Below, piece after piece: positions 41,201 through 60,300 of a stretch of 64,000 nucleotides of DNA. Each line of letters begins with the position of its first letter. Positions within the stretch are counted from its first letter, which is position 1. The notes beneath the pieces were generated by a model. The model saw nothing but the letters and a program-made list of their open reading frames with translations, did not search any database and had not been told where the DNA came from. This DNA comes from Macrostomum lignano (lineage: Eukaryota), in contig NIVC01001361.1 in NCBI GenBank assembly GCA_002269645.1, positions 186,001-250,000 on the forward strand. The letters run 5' to 3'. The position numbers and the translations under genes are program-made.

Positions 41201-44200
41201 ACACTAAGACAGACACTAAGACAGACACTAAGACAGACACTAAGACAGACACTAAGGCAGCTACTAAGACAGACACTAAGGCAGCTACTAAGACAGACAC
41301 TAAGACAGGCACTAAGACAGACACTAAGACAGACACTAAGGCAGACACTAAGACAGACACTAAGACAGACACTAAGACAGAAACTAAGGCAGACACTAAG
41401 ACAGACACTAAGACAGACACTAAGACAGGCACTAAGACAGACACTAAGGCAGACACTAAGACAGACACTAAGACAGACACTAAGACAGACACTAAGACAG
41501 GCACTGAGACAGACACTAAGACAGACACTAAGGCAGACACTAAGACAGACACTAAGACAGACACTAAGACAGGCACTAAGACAGACACTAAGACAGACAC
41601 TAAGGCAGACACTAAGACAGACACTAAGACAGGCACTAAGACAGACACTAAGACAGACACTAAGACAGGCACTAAGACAGACACTAAGACAGGCACTAAG
41701 ACAGACACTAAGGCAGACACTAAGACAGACACTAAGACAGACACTAAGACAGACACTAAGACAGACACTAAGACAGACACTAAGGCAGACACTAAGACAG
41801 ACACTAAGACAGGCACTAAGACAGACACTAAGACAGACACTAAGACAGGCACTAAGACAGACACTAAGACAGGCACTAAGACAGACACTAAGGCAGACAC
41901 TAAGACAGACACTAAGACAGACACTAAGACAGACACTAATACAGACACTGAGACAGACACTGAGACAGACACTAAGACAGACACTAAGACAGACACTAAG
42001 ACAGACACTAAGACAGACACTAAGACAGACACTAAGGCAGCTACTAAGACAGACACTAAGGCAGCTACTAAGACAGACACTAAGACAGGCACTAAGACAG
42101 ACACTAAGACAGACACTAAGGCAGACACTAAGACAGACACTAAGACAGACACTAAGGCAGACACTAAGACAGACACTAAGACAGACACTAAGACAGGCAC
42201 TAAGACAGACACTAAGGCAGACACTAAGACAGACACTAAGACAGACACTAAGACAGACACTAAGACAGACACTGAGACAGACACTAAGACAGACACTAAG
42301 GCAGACACTAAGACAGACACTAAGACAGACACTAAGACAGGCACTAAGACAGACACTAAGACAGACACTAAGACAGACACTAAGGCAGACACTAAGACAG
42401 ACACTAAGACAGGCACTAAGACAGACACTAAGACAGACACTAAGACAGGCACTAAGACAGACACTAAGACAGGCACTAAGACAGACACTAAGGCAGACAC
42501 TAAGACAGACACTAAGACAGAAACTAAGACAGACACTAAGACAGACACTAAGACAGACACTAAGGCAGACACTAAGACAGGCACTAAGACAGACACTAAG
42601 GCAGACACTAAGACAGACACTAAGACAGGCACTAAGACAGACACTAAGGCAGACACTAAGACAGACACTAAGGCAGAAACTAAGACAGACACTAAAACAG
42701 ACACTAAGACAGACACTAAGACAGACACTAAGACAGACACTAAGACAGACACTAAGACAGACACTAAGACAGGCACTAAGACAGACACTAAGGCAGACAC
42801 TAAGACAGACACTAAGACAGACACTAAGACAGACACTAAGACAGACACTAAGACAGACACTAAGACAGACACTAAGACAGACACTAAGGCAGACACTAAA
42901 ACAGACACTAAGACAGACACTAAGACAGGCACTAAGACAGACACTAAGGCAGACACTAAGACAGACACTAAGACAGGCACTAAGACAGACACTAAGACAG
43001 ACACTAAGACAGACACTAAGGCAGACACTAATACAGACACTGAGACAGACACTGAGACAGACACTAAGACAGACACTAAGACAGACACTAAGACAGACAC
43101 TAAGACAGACACTAAGACAGACACTAAGACAGACACTAAGGCAGCTACTAAGACAGACACTAAGGCAGACACTAAGACAGACACTAAGACAGACACTAAG
43201 ACAGACACTAAGACAGACACTAATACAGACACTGAGACAGACACTGAGACAGACACTAAGACAGACACTAAGACAGACACTAAGACAGACACTAAGACAG
43301 ACACTAAGACAGACACTAAGACAGACACTAAGGCAGCTACTAAGACAGACACTAAGGCAGACACTAAGACAGACACTAAGACAGACACTAAGGCAGACAC
43401 TAAGACAGACACTAAGACAGACACTAAGACAGACACTAAGACAGGCACTAAGACAGGCACTGAGAGACACTAAGACAGACACTAAGGCAGACACTAAGAC
43501 AGACACTAAGACAGATACTAAGACAGACACTAAGACAGACACTAAGACAGGCACTAAGGCAGACACTAAGACAGACACTAAGGCAGCTACTAAGACAGAC
43601 ACTAAGGCAGACACTAAGACAGACACTAAGACAGACACTAAGACAGGCACTAAGACAGACACTAAAACAGACACTAAGACAGACACTAAGACAGACACTA
43701 AGACAGACACTAAGGCAGACACTAAGACAGACACTAAGACAGACACTAAGACAGGCACTAAGACAGACACTAAGGCAGACACTAAGACAGACACTAAGAC
43801 AGACACTAAGGCAGACACTAAGACAGACACTAAGACAGACACTAAGACAGACACTAAGACAGGCACTAAGACAGGCACTAAGACAGGCACTGAGACAGAC
43901 ACTAAGACAGACACTAAGACAGACACTAAGGCAGACACTAAGACAGGCACTGAGAGACACTAAGACAGACACTGAGACAGACACTAAGGCAGCTACTAAG
44001 ACAGACACTAAGGCAGACACTAAGACAGACACTAAGGCAGACACTAAGACAGACACTAAGACAGACACTAAGGCAGACACTAAGACAGACACTAAGACAG
44101 ACACTAAGACAGGCACTAAGACAGACACTAAGACAGACACTAAGGCAGACACTAAGACAGACACTAAGACAGACACTAATACAGACACTGAGACAGACAC

Positions 44201-45939
44201 TAAGGCAGACACTAAGACAGACACTAAGGCAGACACTAAGACAGACACTAAGACAGACACTAAGACAGGCACTAAGACAGACACTAAGGCAGACACTAAG
44301 ACAGACACTAAGACAGACACTAAGACAGACACTAAGGCAGACACTGAGACAGACACTAAGACAGACACTAAGGCAGACACTAAGACAGACACTAAGACAG
44401 ACACTAAGACAGGCACTAAGACAGACACTAAGACAGACACTAAGGCAGACACTAAGACAGACACTAAGACAGGCACTAAGACAGACACTAAGACAGACAC
44501 TAAGACAGGCACTAAGACAGACACTAAGACAGGCACTAAGACAGACACTAAGGCAGACACTAAGACAGACACTAAGACAGACACTAAGACAGACACTAAG
44601 ACAGACACTAAGACAGACACTAAGGCAGACACTAAGACAGGCACTAAGACAGACACTAAGGCAGACACTAAGACAGACACTAAGACAGGCACTAAGACAG
44701 ACACTAAGGCAGACACTAAGACAGACACTAAGGCAGACACTAAGACAGACACTAAAACAGACACTAAGACAGACACTAAGACAGACACTAAGACAGGCAC
44801 TAAGACAGACACTAAGACAGACACTAAGGCAGACACTAAGACAGACACTAAGACAGACACTAAGGCAGACACTAAGACAGACACTAAGGCAGACACTAAG
44901 ACAGACACTAAGACAGACACTAAGGCAGACACTAAGACAGACACTAAGACAGGCACTAAGACAGACACTAAGACAGGCACTGAGACAGACACTAAGACAG
45001 ACACTAAGACAGACACTAAGGCAGACACTAAGACAGGCACTGAGAGACAGCATGAAAGCCCCTCACCGTCCAAGTTGGCCTCATTCTGATAGACCCACGC
45101 CATGCCGCTTCCGCCGCCTCTGCCCTGGAAAGCTCCCCTGTGCGCGTTGTCAGCCGAGTACGGCCCGTGGCACCAGCCGATGACGCCGCGGAACGGCTTG
45201 GCCACCTTGCAGGTGCGATTGCCGACGCGCACCTGACGAATCTGCGCCACGCCCAGCAGGACAGTCTCGTAGTAGATTGTCGAGCGCGCAGTGGCGTTCG
45301 CCGCCGAGAGGTTGCCGCTGCTGCTAAACAGGCCGTCTAGGAGTGGCCGGTTGACAAACTGGAGAGTTTTTAGGGGGTTGAGACCTATGTGGTTCTCAAT
45401 GACTGTGGACAGGTATAAAATAGCTACTCACACTCCACCACTCCTGAATTGAGTTGATCTCGGCAAACAGTTTAGTGCCATTGCTAATTGGAACCTTCAG
45501 AAACAAGCCACTGATCGACTGGGTGAAGTTGTACATGCTGATGTTCTTGGTACCGAAGGCCACTGAAATTCAAAGCGGTGTCTCTGGCATTGTCCTACAT
45601 TGTATATTCTCAAGTCTCAGTCCCAGACTCACCCACAGTCATCAGAACCAGAAAGCAGCAGTAGATCACGAGCTCTCGCAGAGTGGCTTTGACATGATTT
45701 TCATCGTCAGGACTTGCCGCTTCGTCTGATTCGTTTGCCTTTGCTGGCACCAGGCAGCGCCACCAGCCGCCGCCGCCGTAGCAGCCGACGCCTTTGCCAT
45801 TTCCGGTTGGCGATTCAGCATCAGCCTCTGCAACAGCTGCTGCTGGTGACACTTCTGCATCCGGAATGGAGGCATTCTCGCGCTCCTCCAGATCCCGAAT
45901 GGCCTGCTGACTGTCAGACTTCAAGGCGTTGCCGCTCAT
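38212..45939 (-). CDS. PKD2: Polycystin-2 family TRPP channel, ~803 aa. Exons 45939-45633, 45562-45432, 45358-45067, 40813-40592, 40072-39291, 39215-39088, 38843-38726, 38643-38212
   Basis: Motifs include [44 protein letters not shown] and the pore/S6 region [10 protein letters not shown]...GPVYF...[13 protein letters not shown]. An EF-hand ([13 protein letters not shown]) and a coiled coil ([13 protein letters not shown]) follow. The 2412 nt are in frame. PKD2 cannot be separated from PKD2L-type paralogues by eye. Confidence 0.95.
40170..40256 (-). mobile_element. tRNA-derived SINE-like head in a PKD2 intron
   Basis: The minus strand has A-box-like CAGCTCAGCGG and B-box GGTTCAATTC. It shares ACGACCCCTGGTTC with the copy at ~55335-55348. 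Confidence 0.5.
40363..40535 (+). mobile_element. 5'-truncated SINE-like fragment (B-box plus body)
   Basis: B-box GGTTCGATTC at 40381-40390 is followed by a body resembling the reverse complement of 55190-55300 (…AGGCCA…CAGAG(C/A)GTGTACA…TGATCA…). Confidence 0.4.
40944..45048. repeat. ~4.1-kb 12-bp minisatellite in PKD2 intron 3
   Basis: Unit ACAGACACTAAG with variants ACAGGCACTAAG, GCAGACACTAAG and GCAGCTACTAAG. Confidence 0.98.
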
Positions 45940-45944
45940 CTGTT

Positions 45945-46265
45945 GGTGCTGATGAGGACAAGACTGTTGAGATGCTGATGAGGACAAAACTGTTGAGATG
46001 CTGATGAGGACAAAACTGTTGAGATGCTGATGAGGACAAGACTGTTGAGATGCTGATGAGGACAAGACTGTTGAGATGCTGATGAGGACAAGACTGTTGA
46101 GATGCTGATGAGGACAAGACTGTTGAGATGCTGATGAGGACAAGACTGTTGAGATGCTGATGAGGACAAGACTGTTGAGATGCTGATGAGGACAAGACTG
46201 TTGAGATGCTGATGAGGACAAGACTGTTGAGATGCTGATGAGGAGACTATTGAGATGCTGACAAG
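45945..46265. repeat. 26-bp minisatellite just upstream of the PKD2 ATG
   Basis: Unit GATGCTGATGAGGACAAGACTGTTGA. Confidence 0.92.
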
Positions 46266-47455
46266 GACAAGACAAGTAACCAACACCTACCTCTGTTTCC
46301 AGGTATGCAGGTACTTGCTAAACTGACAAAACACTGAAGTTAATTGTGGTTGCAGCCTGGCAGTCCCTCAGTCAAAAATGCATTGCATGACAAGCGTTTT
46401 ATACAATAAAGCCATTTTTACCATGCAAGCCCTGAGCACACAATGCAGGCCATAAAGAGCGCCACCTCACTGTTAGGACAAATGAATGAGCAGATAATTA
46501 GATTATCCGCAAAACTGATGGATTAAGGCTTTAGTTTTGTTTACCGTTGCTACCCACAACGCAATGAATCAAAGCCAGCAAAGTACCGGAACAAACTGAC
46601 TCAGCAACGGCAAAATCAAGAGTTTGAGGCTAATCAAGCTTTTGTAATGTTGTTGAGAGTCATTGACCGTGGAACAGGAATTCAGTGGATATGCAAGCTG
46701 CATTAATAGCTATAATATGTCATAATAATATAAGTAATGTCTATTTATTATTCCTGCATGAATGCCATTTGTTTTGAAGTCCAAAAATTGAAGAACTCTT
46801 TAATTCATTAAAGAAGACATAACAAATAGATACGGCTCTAATAAATTCGTACCTTCGCCACTTGAAAGTTTATTTTTAGATTCTGAAAGTCATAAAAATA
46901 GTTTTAAGTCGTATATATTTCTCTGCAAGTAAAAGTGCTAAAAATGTTCAACTGCGAGGAGCTACCATGAACAGCTGCAGTAGAATGACGGTAAACTCGG
47001 CTTTCTTAGAAATGAGCTGGAGACCGGTAAGGAACGTATGTTGTTCGTATCACCAGTTCATTTCGTATGCTCTGGAGAACGCAAAAGCGCTGAATGGGGT
47101 TTTGCCATAGACAAATTCAGTCGAGAGAATCAGATTTCTCGAGAACATACTAAATTGAACAGCAAACATTCGTTCCTCAACGGCATGGCCTCCAGTTGAT
47201 TTCTCAGAAAGCCGAGTAATTCCACTGCAACTGTCTATGGTAGCTAATTTTCTGCCAAAAACACAGGCTTAGTTTCAATCATACTTTATGTCGTCAGGAG
47301 ATTTAGAGGCATTTGGAAATTGTGTACTATTTTTAAAAGAGTTTACCTCCTTCCGTTTATCTATGGTAAAACCCCTTGAACGTAATACAAAAGCGAAATC
47401 TTTGCGCGAATCGTAACTGTGGCGTCTTTATGCTCTCGTACAAAAACAGTTCTCA

Positions 47456-53865
<6,410 letters not shown>

Positions 53866-54522
53866 CTGAATAGAATTGTTGCAATTCTGTCAGGTTCTGA
53901 TAGAACTACAAATATGCCTAGCAAATGTTCTATAGCAATGCATAGTGACTGGCTAACAATAGCCTATCAGTGTAGGGTTTTCAAAGTACAAAGGCTAATT
54001 ATATATAGACTAAGCTTGTCTATTCTAAGACTATTGATGAGTGCGTAAATAAAAAAATCAAACAAAGTGCAGCTGGTTGAAATTCAAAATTTTTTATAGA
54101 AATTTCTCATCTAAACATCAGGAAAAATATGCAACAAGAATAATGGAAGCGCGTGAAACGGACTGCAAGAGTATCAATAAAATTGTTTCTTACAAATTGG
54201 AAGCTTTCTGTAGGCTGCATTACCCGAAAAATCCATATATAGCGTTTGTAGAATAGTAGGAATGTAATAGAAATTATTTTTAACATTAAGAAACCAAGAT
54301 TGGAAGTTTAAAATACGGTGCATTACCAAAATTTGTGATATACAAGAATAAAGGTTATCATTCAGAAACTGGCTTTCGATATTAAAATTTCCGAGTTAAT
54401 ATAACACTTGAGCACAATCATACAGCAAGAAGACGGTGCTTGGCTCAATACAAACGATTCGATAAAAATAGTTTCACAAAATGAGTCAATAGATATTAAG
54501 AATCAGGCCGCAGAGCTCCAGT

Positions 54523-56170
54523 CTAGTAATCTGACTCCTCATCGACCTCTATGGCGCCTCTGGCGACTCTATCCGTGATGGCCGTCAGGTCAAGGACGAA
54601 CTGCTGCACCCTGGCCAGCTGTTCCGAGGTCACCTGGAGCACTTCGTCATCCAGGTCGATGTCGTCGCCCTGGTCCCGGTAGCGCGACACCAGTTGGCAC
54701 AGGTTGTGGGTTGCTACGCGAATCATGCCGAGCTGAAGGGTCCGATCAGCTACCGAGTTTTTCACCTGCGTCCATTCCGCCTCGCACTGCAAAGCCCGGC
54801 TGGCGGACTCGTCTAGCCGTTCGCGCAGCCCGCTGAGTACATTGTTCTGCGACAGGACCTCGTTGGCTTTGGACTCTTTGTAGCGCGACTGCTCTGATTT
54901 GTGGCCCTCGACTGTTTCCTGGTTGCGGTCCTCGCGGCGTTTCAGGTCCTGGTGGAGGGAAAACAGAACCAAGGCAGCTCTGAAAACTTGCTTCCCTGGT
55001 TATGATAGAAACTGATGAGCATCATTTGACCGTAGCACCTATGCATAATAACTATTTGCATGAGGAGCTGTTGAACCCTGCCGAAACACCTTCCCACAGT
55101 TCTGCCCATTCTGCAGACACCTGAGCACATACAGGCGCGCCAATACTGTACACAGGCACGCACTCGTACACACTGCTCACACAGGGTGTACAGCGGCCCT
55201 GACTTTGTGATCATGAGGCATGTACACTCTCTGTGCCTTGGGGGTTGGCCCTCATGGCTGTGAATCGCACGACAAACCCTTATGACCAATTTTTGTGCAC
55301 ACGAGCCCCAATCGAATGCGTTTGCACACGGAATCGAACCAGGGGTCGTAGCGCTAAACTGCTGAAAGCGTAAGACTTTTTTACCCACCTTTTTAGTTGA
55401 GCTCAACGTCTCATAGCGATCCATGACCTCGCGAACCTCAGTAAATTCGTTTGACTCTTCGATAACTTTCTCGAGAAATTTCTGATAGCGCTCGTAGCGA
55501 TCTGATAGGGCTTTAAGCCGTTCGCGCAGCTGGGAGTAAACCCGCATCTCTCCTTGGATTTCCACAATCTCCTGCTCCTTCTGACGCCTGTACGCTCGCT
55601 CGTCGCCGGCCTTCTTAACCGCGCGAACTCGTTTGGCGTCCGTTTCTTTCAGAAATCGGTCGAACTTCAGCAGACTCTCCTTCAGCTGGTGCTCCTTCTT
55701 CTCTAGCTCTTCACGACGCTGCTGAAGCGATTCCATCTTCATTTGGAACTCTTCTTTTTGAGCCTGGTGAAGCATTTGATTAGATCATTTTTTATTATAA
55801 CTATAGTTCTATCGACTGTCTAGTGTCTAGACATTGACGTTCACTGGGGGTTTAAACGTGGTTGAAATAATAAATATCAGCGTATGAAAGAAGAGCGAAC
55901 TCACGCTGAGTGCCGTCTCAACCTCCATCATTTCGCGCTTCTTTTCCAGCAGCCTCGTTGCCGATGTAAGATGATCGTCCTCTCTCTCTGGCATTTTTCT
56001 ATGAAATATTTCCAAATAAAAGTTTTTGAAATTTATCCAAACAAATAAAAAATGTTTTGTTTTCTAAATTTGGCTTCAGCAGCTAGCCTACAGAACAAAT
56101 AGCAATGCACTTACACTAGCAGCTTATCCTCAAATGTTGTTCGAAAGTATTCCTCCACGCTAACGTCCAT
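54523..56170 (-). CDS. CFAP73: Cilia- and flagella-associated protein 73 / CCDC42 family (DUF4200 coiled coil), ~316 aa. Exons 56170-56115, 55998-55905, 55763-55389, 54948-54523
   Basis: The translation MDVSVEEYFRTTFEDKLLV|KMPEREDDHLTSATRLLEKKREMMEVETALS|AQKEEFQMKMESLQQRREELEKKEHQLKESLLKFDRFLKETDAKR matches the CFAP73/CCDC42 pattern. The 951 nt are in frame. Confidence 0.9.
55175..55352 (-). mobile_element. SINE-like fragment in CFAP73 intron 3
   Basis: B-box GGTTCGATTC on the minus strand at 55340-55331, with a body similar to 40390-40500. Confidence 0.4.
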
Positions 56171-57358
56171 AACACCGCTGTCTGAAATTTTCGTTACTAG
56201 TCAAATTGTATTTCAATTCGCAAAAGAAAGATTTTAAACAGCTGAACAGAAACAATTGCAGTTAGAAATTATAAATTTCTATGAAAATTTGCTACAATAA
56301 TTTGAAATTATGCATTATTGGTCATCATAAAATTTTGCTACGAAGTCTACTCTAAACAATTAGTATTTTGACTTTCTCATATGATAATAACTAAATCTTG
56401 CTTGTCTGTTTATATAATTCAAGAAGAAGCAACTCAAGCTACAATGAAAGAATACTAGATTTAGGCAATCCTTGACCTTTTTATCAAAAACATATTTACT
56501 GTTTCAGACCCACAGAAAAAAATTAATCTTTAATATTAAAGTACTTTTAAAAAGAAAAAAAACAGGAAAAAAACTGAATATTTCTCTCAGTCTTCCATTA
56601 TTTTAACAAAAAGTTCTAAAAAACAATAACGTTACACTAGTGCACTACACAGCACAAAACTTATAAATTAATGATATAGGGATAAATATTTTTCGTTCTT
56701 TCCTTCATTCTTCAACCGTTCTTCAAGCGAGCTACTCCCCAAGAAATATAGTTGATTAACTTAATTTCATATATACGATTTTCATACTCAAAAAATCAAA
56801 TTGAGGTAAGGTAGCACGCTTTAGAAGGCAGAGAAATATAAAAGTGAAATAGATCCTGAAATAGATCTATTTGCCATTCTAACAAAAAATCGGCTGTTAA
56901 CTTTTAACTGCGACTAGTCAGTTTAGTATCAGCCGTCAGTCGAATTATATTCAGTTAAGTTGGCACTCGACGGCTGTGAATGAACTAAAAGCTATAATAA
57001 GTGGCTTGTAAAACAAATCAAATAAGAATAATTTACATGAGAGAATTTACTACTTTATTTTTGTTGCAAAACTGTAAAATATTCCTATTAAAATTATTTT
57101 TTTAAACAAATTTTGTATAAAAAAAACATAATTTTATGTTTATTACACACAATCTCTATTCACTTTTTGTTTTAAACAAAAAATCTAAGAACAACATTTT
57201 AAACTAAAGCATATTTCATGGAAGTCTCAGGTTCATGATTTATCGAAGAAGAATCTTACCCTTGATTCCAGAAAACTGGAATTTGCAATTGCACTTGCAC
57301 TTTATTAGTTTGTGCAATAATATTTATACCCTGTTGCAAATAGTGTTTAATTTCAGCC

Positions 57359-60300
57359 ATGAATTTTCTACGCAGGGCTAGCTTTTGTTCTTTGAAGTTA
57401 TTTAACAGGTAAATTTTCAATTTTGTGTAGGCCTATGTTCAAATTTTTGTTGAAAATTGTTTAAATTTTGTCAAAATATTTTACATCTTTTGTTATGGTT
57501 TTTTTACTTTGAAGTCTATAGCAACAACGAATGCAGGTTATTAACTATATATTATAATAATTTTAATTAAATTTTGTGTCTATCAATATCATTAAGCACA
57601 AACTAAGAATAGAGGCATTGAGAAAACCTTAACATCTTGTCTATATTTTGTTTATTAATTTACCTTTTTCTATTCAACTTCTTTTATTTTATAACAATTG
57701 TAGTCAAATCAAGTTATCTTTCAAATTTTTCTGTTAATATTACAATTACTAAAATAGAATCATTGCCATTAATTTTGGGGATATCATTAGAGGTAGACCT
57801 TTGCTTATGTTATGGTTAATTTGATAAAAGGATTTTCTAGCTTTGAACCTAATTTTATAAGTGTATTTTAAGTTCCAAATATGCAGTTAGAAACTATGAA
57901 AATTATTAAATATACTAATTGTTCTCCAAGTTCTCCAATAAAAACAATTCTATTTTTTAGATTATTTATTAAATAACAAAGATTAATCTTTTTTATCTAG
58001 TTTTATTAATAATAAATATTTTTTTAAATTTATTACCTAATGAAGTGTTTTATTTCATTTATGGTCCTTTATGTATTATAATTTTATATTATCTATCTAA
58101 AAAGTATTTGCATTGTATAAATAAATAGAAATTAGATAATATAATATCCAATTTTTCAAGATTTTTGAGACTCAAGATCTATACTTTTGAGATGATCAAG
58201 ATTCAATTAAGATTTAAGATTAACCCTAATTTGCATCTAATAGGCCTATTTATACTTTTATCTATCAATGACAATATTAATATAGTTACTTGTTAAATCA
58301 AATTTATATAATAATAATGGAAAAAACAATGATTATTTAATATTTGAGATTATTAATAACTTGATATATATCAAATATAAGTATGATAACATTGGTAAGT
58401 TTGCTTCCAGTTTGTTTTGCAAATTTATTTTTAAGTTTGCATCGATACCAAACCATAATGTCTATGAGTATGAGCACTAGAAAGAGCAGTTTATAGAGAA
58501 GTAAATGGAGGGATTATGGAGCAATAGCTAGAGTAGTAGATAGGGCAATAAAAGTAGCAATAGATGAAGCAGTAAATAGAACAATAGATAATATGGTATT
58601 AGAAATGGTATTAGAGTTTATCATATTTCTTATCCTTTTTGGCCATAGACATCATTTTCTACCATGGCACATTGGCACTATGTTTTAGTACCAATTTAAA
58701 CTTAAAAATAATATTAGGAAACAGATTGGAAAATATCCATAACCACATAATATCACATTTAAAAATAGTCATATAATCACAAATCTAGACTTTTTAAGAT
58801 CTCAAAACAGAGATTAAGATTAAAAAAGTGCCAAGATCTTCATAATCTTGACAAAATAAAATATAATAATATTACTGGATTAAAATTCATTATTCTAACT
58901 CTTATATCATTTAAACATTAAAAATAAAACATATCTTACATTTATATTTTTGGTAGGTTTTGTCTTTTATCAAGTTATTAAAATTGATATTACATATAAA
59001 AAATGTTAGATTTTTAATTAATACTGAAAAAAGTTAACTTTAAGTTTTCTTTTTCTTCTATGATTCCACAATAGCTATAGATATGACTACAGAAAGTTAT
59101 AGATAAAAAGATTTATAACCAGAATATACAAATATGGATATAGTCATAAAAATGTCTAGTTCCTATATTTGTTAATATTAGGCTAACCACTTCACAATAT
59201 ATACTAAATTAGTAACTAAAACTTAAATGACTTAAGTTTTAATCCTATATGCACATTGTATAATTGAAGTGCTAGGGCAGGGACTAAAGTTAAGATAAAT
59301 GTTTTTTGCTTTCAATGCAAAAGGTATAAGGAGGCTCTTATGACTTAAAGTTCTTGGTGTTAAAGACTTAAGCAATAAATTCTATATACGACATATATAT
59401 TGTGTGGATTAGATAGTATTGGCTAAAATTAAGATTTATACAATTCTAGATTTTCTTTTTATGCAATAAATAAGTGCAGCTTATTAATGAATGATGACCT
59501 TCAAAAATCCTTTTTATGTTCACTTTTAATAGTTTTTTGTTGATTTCAACTAACTATAGTATATGATTGGTGTTACAATCTATTTTTTTCAACTATAGAC
59601 AGCTACATAGCAGTCCAGCTCTCTCAGGTTTCTTCACTGGTATGAGTGGAGCAAAAAATGAGATTGGTGCCCAGAGCAACAGATTGTCTGATGGTAATGA
59701 GATCTTCGAGATTCAAAGTAAGAAATAAGAAATTACTGTTTCTCAATTTTCTTTAATAAAAATTCCTAAAAAAAGTTTTATTCAATCTGTCTTTTCAATT
59801 CCAATTTCAGTACATCTTGTTAGGCCTCATTTTATGCAGACTTATTTGGAAGAGACGTGAGTTTATTTAAGCTATCATGCTTATAGTAAACCATTTTATC
59901 TAATTTCTACCTTATTAAAATCTTCAGCAAACGATTTCTGGATCTGTTTGACCAGAAAGACTCTGGAGCCGAGCTGATCGGTTCATTCACCTGCGAGATT
60001 GGGGCGCAAGATGAGGCGCTGCATATCTGGCGATTCAAGGGCGGCTACCAGGTATTTTATGTAGAAGGCTCACTCCCAGCCCTGGATTGAATGCAAGGGT
60101 CACTCCTAGCTATAGAATGAATGCAAGGGTCACTCCCAGCCCTGGATTGAATGCAAGGGTCACTCCCAGCTCTAAAATGAATGCAAAGGTCACTCCCAGC
60201 TCTAAAATGAATGCAGGGGTCACTCCCAGCTCTAGAATGAATGCAAGGGTCACTCCCAGCTCTAAAATGAATGCAAAGGTCACTCCCAGCTCTAGAATGA

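Noticed and set aside
40545-45250. Very long ORFs (971, 1021, 1010, 600 and 371 aa; VSVL/SVCL/RQTL repeats)
   Set aside because: They are translations of a 12-bp satellite that lacks stops. Only the PKD2 exon segments at their ends are real.
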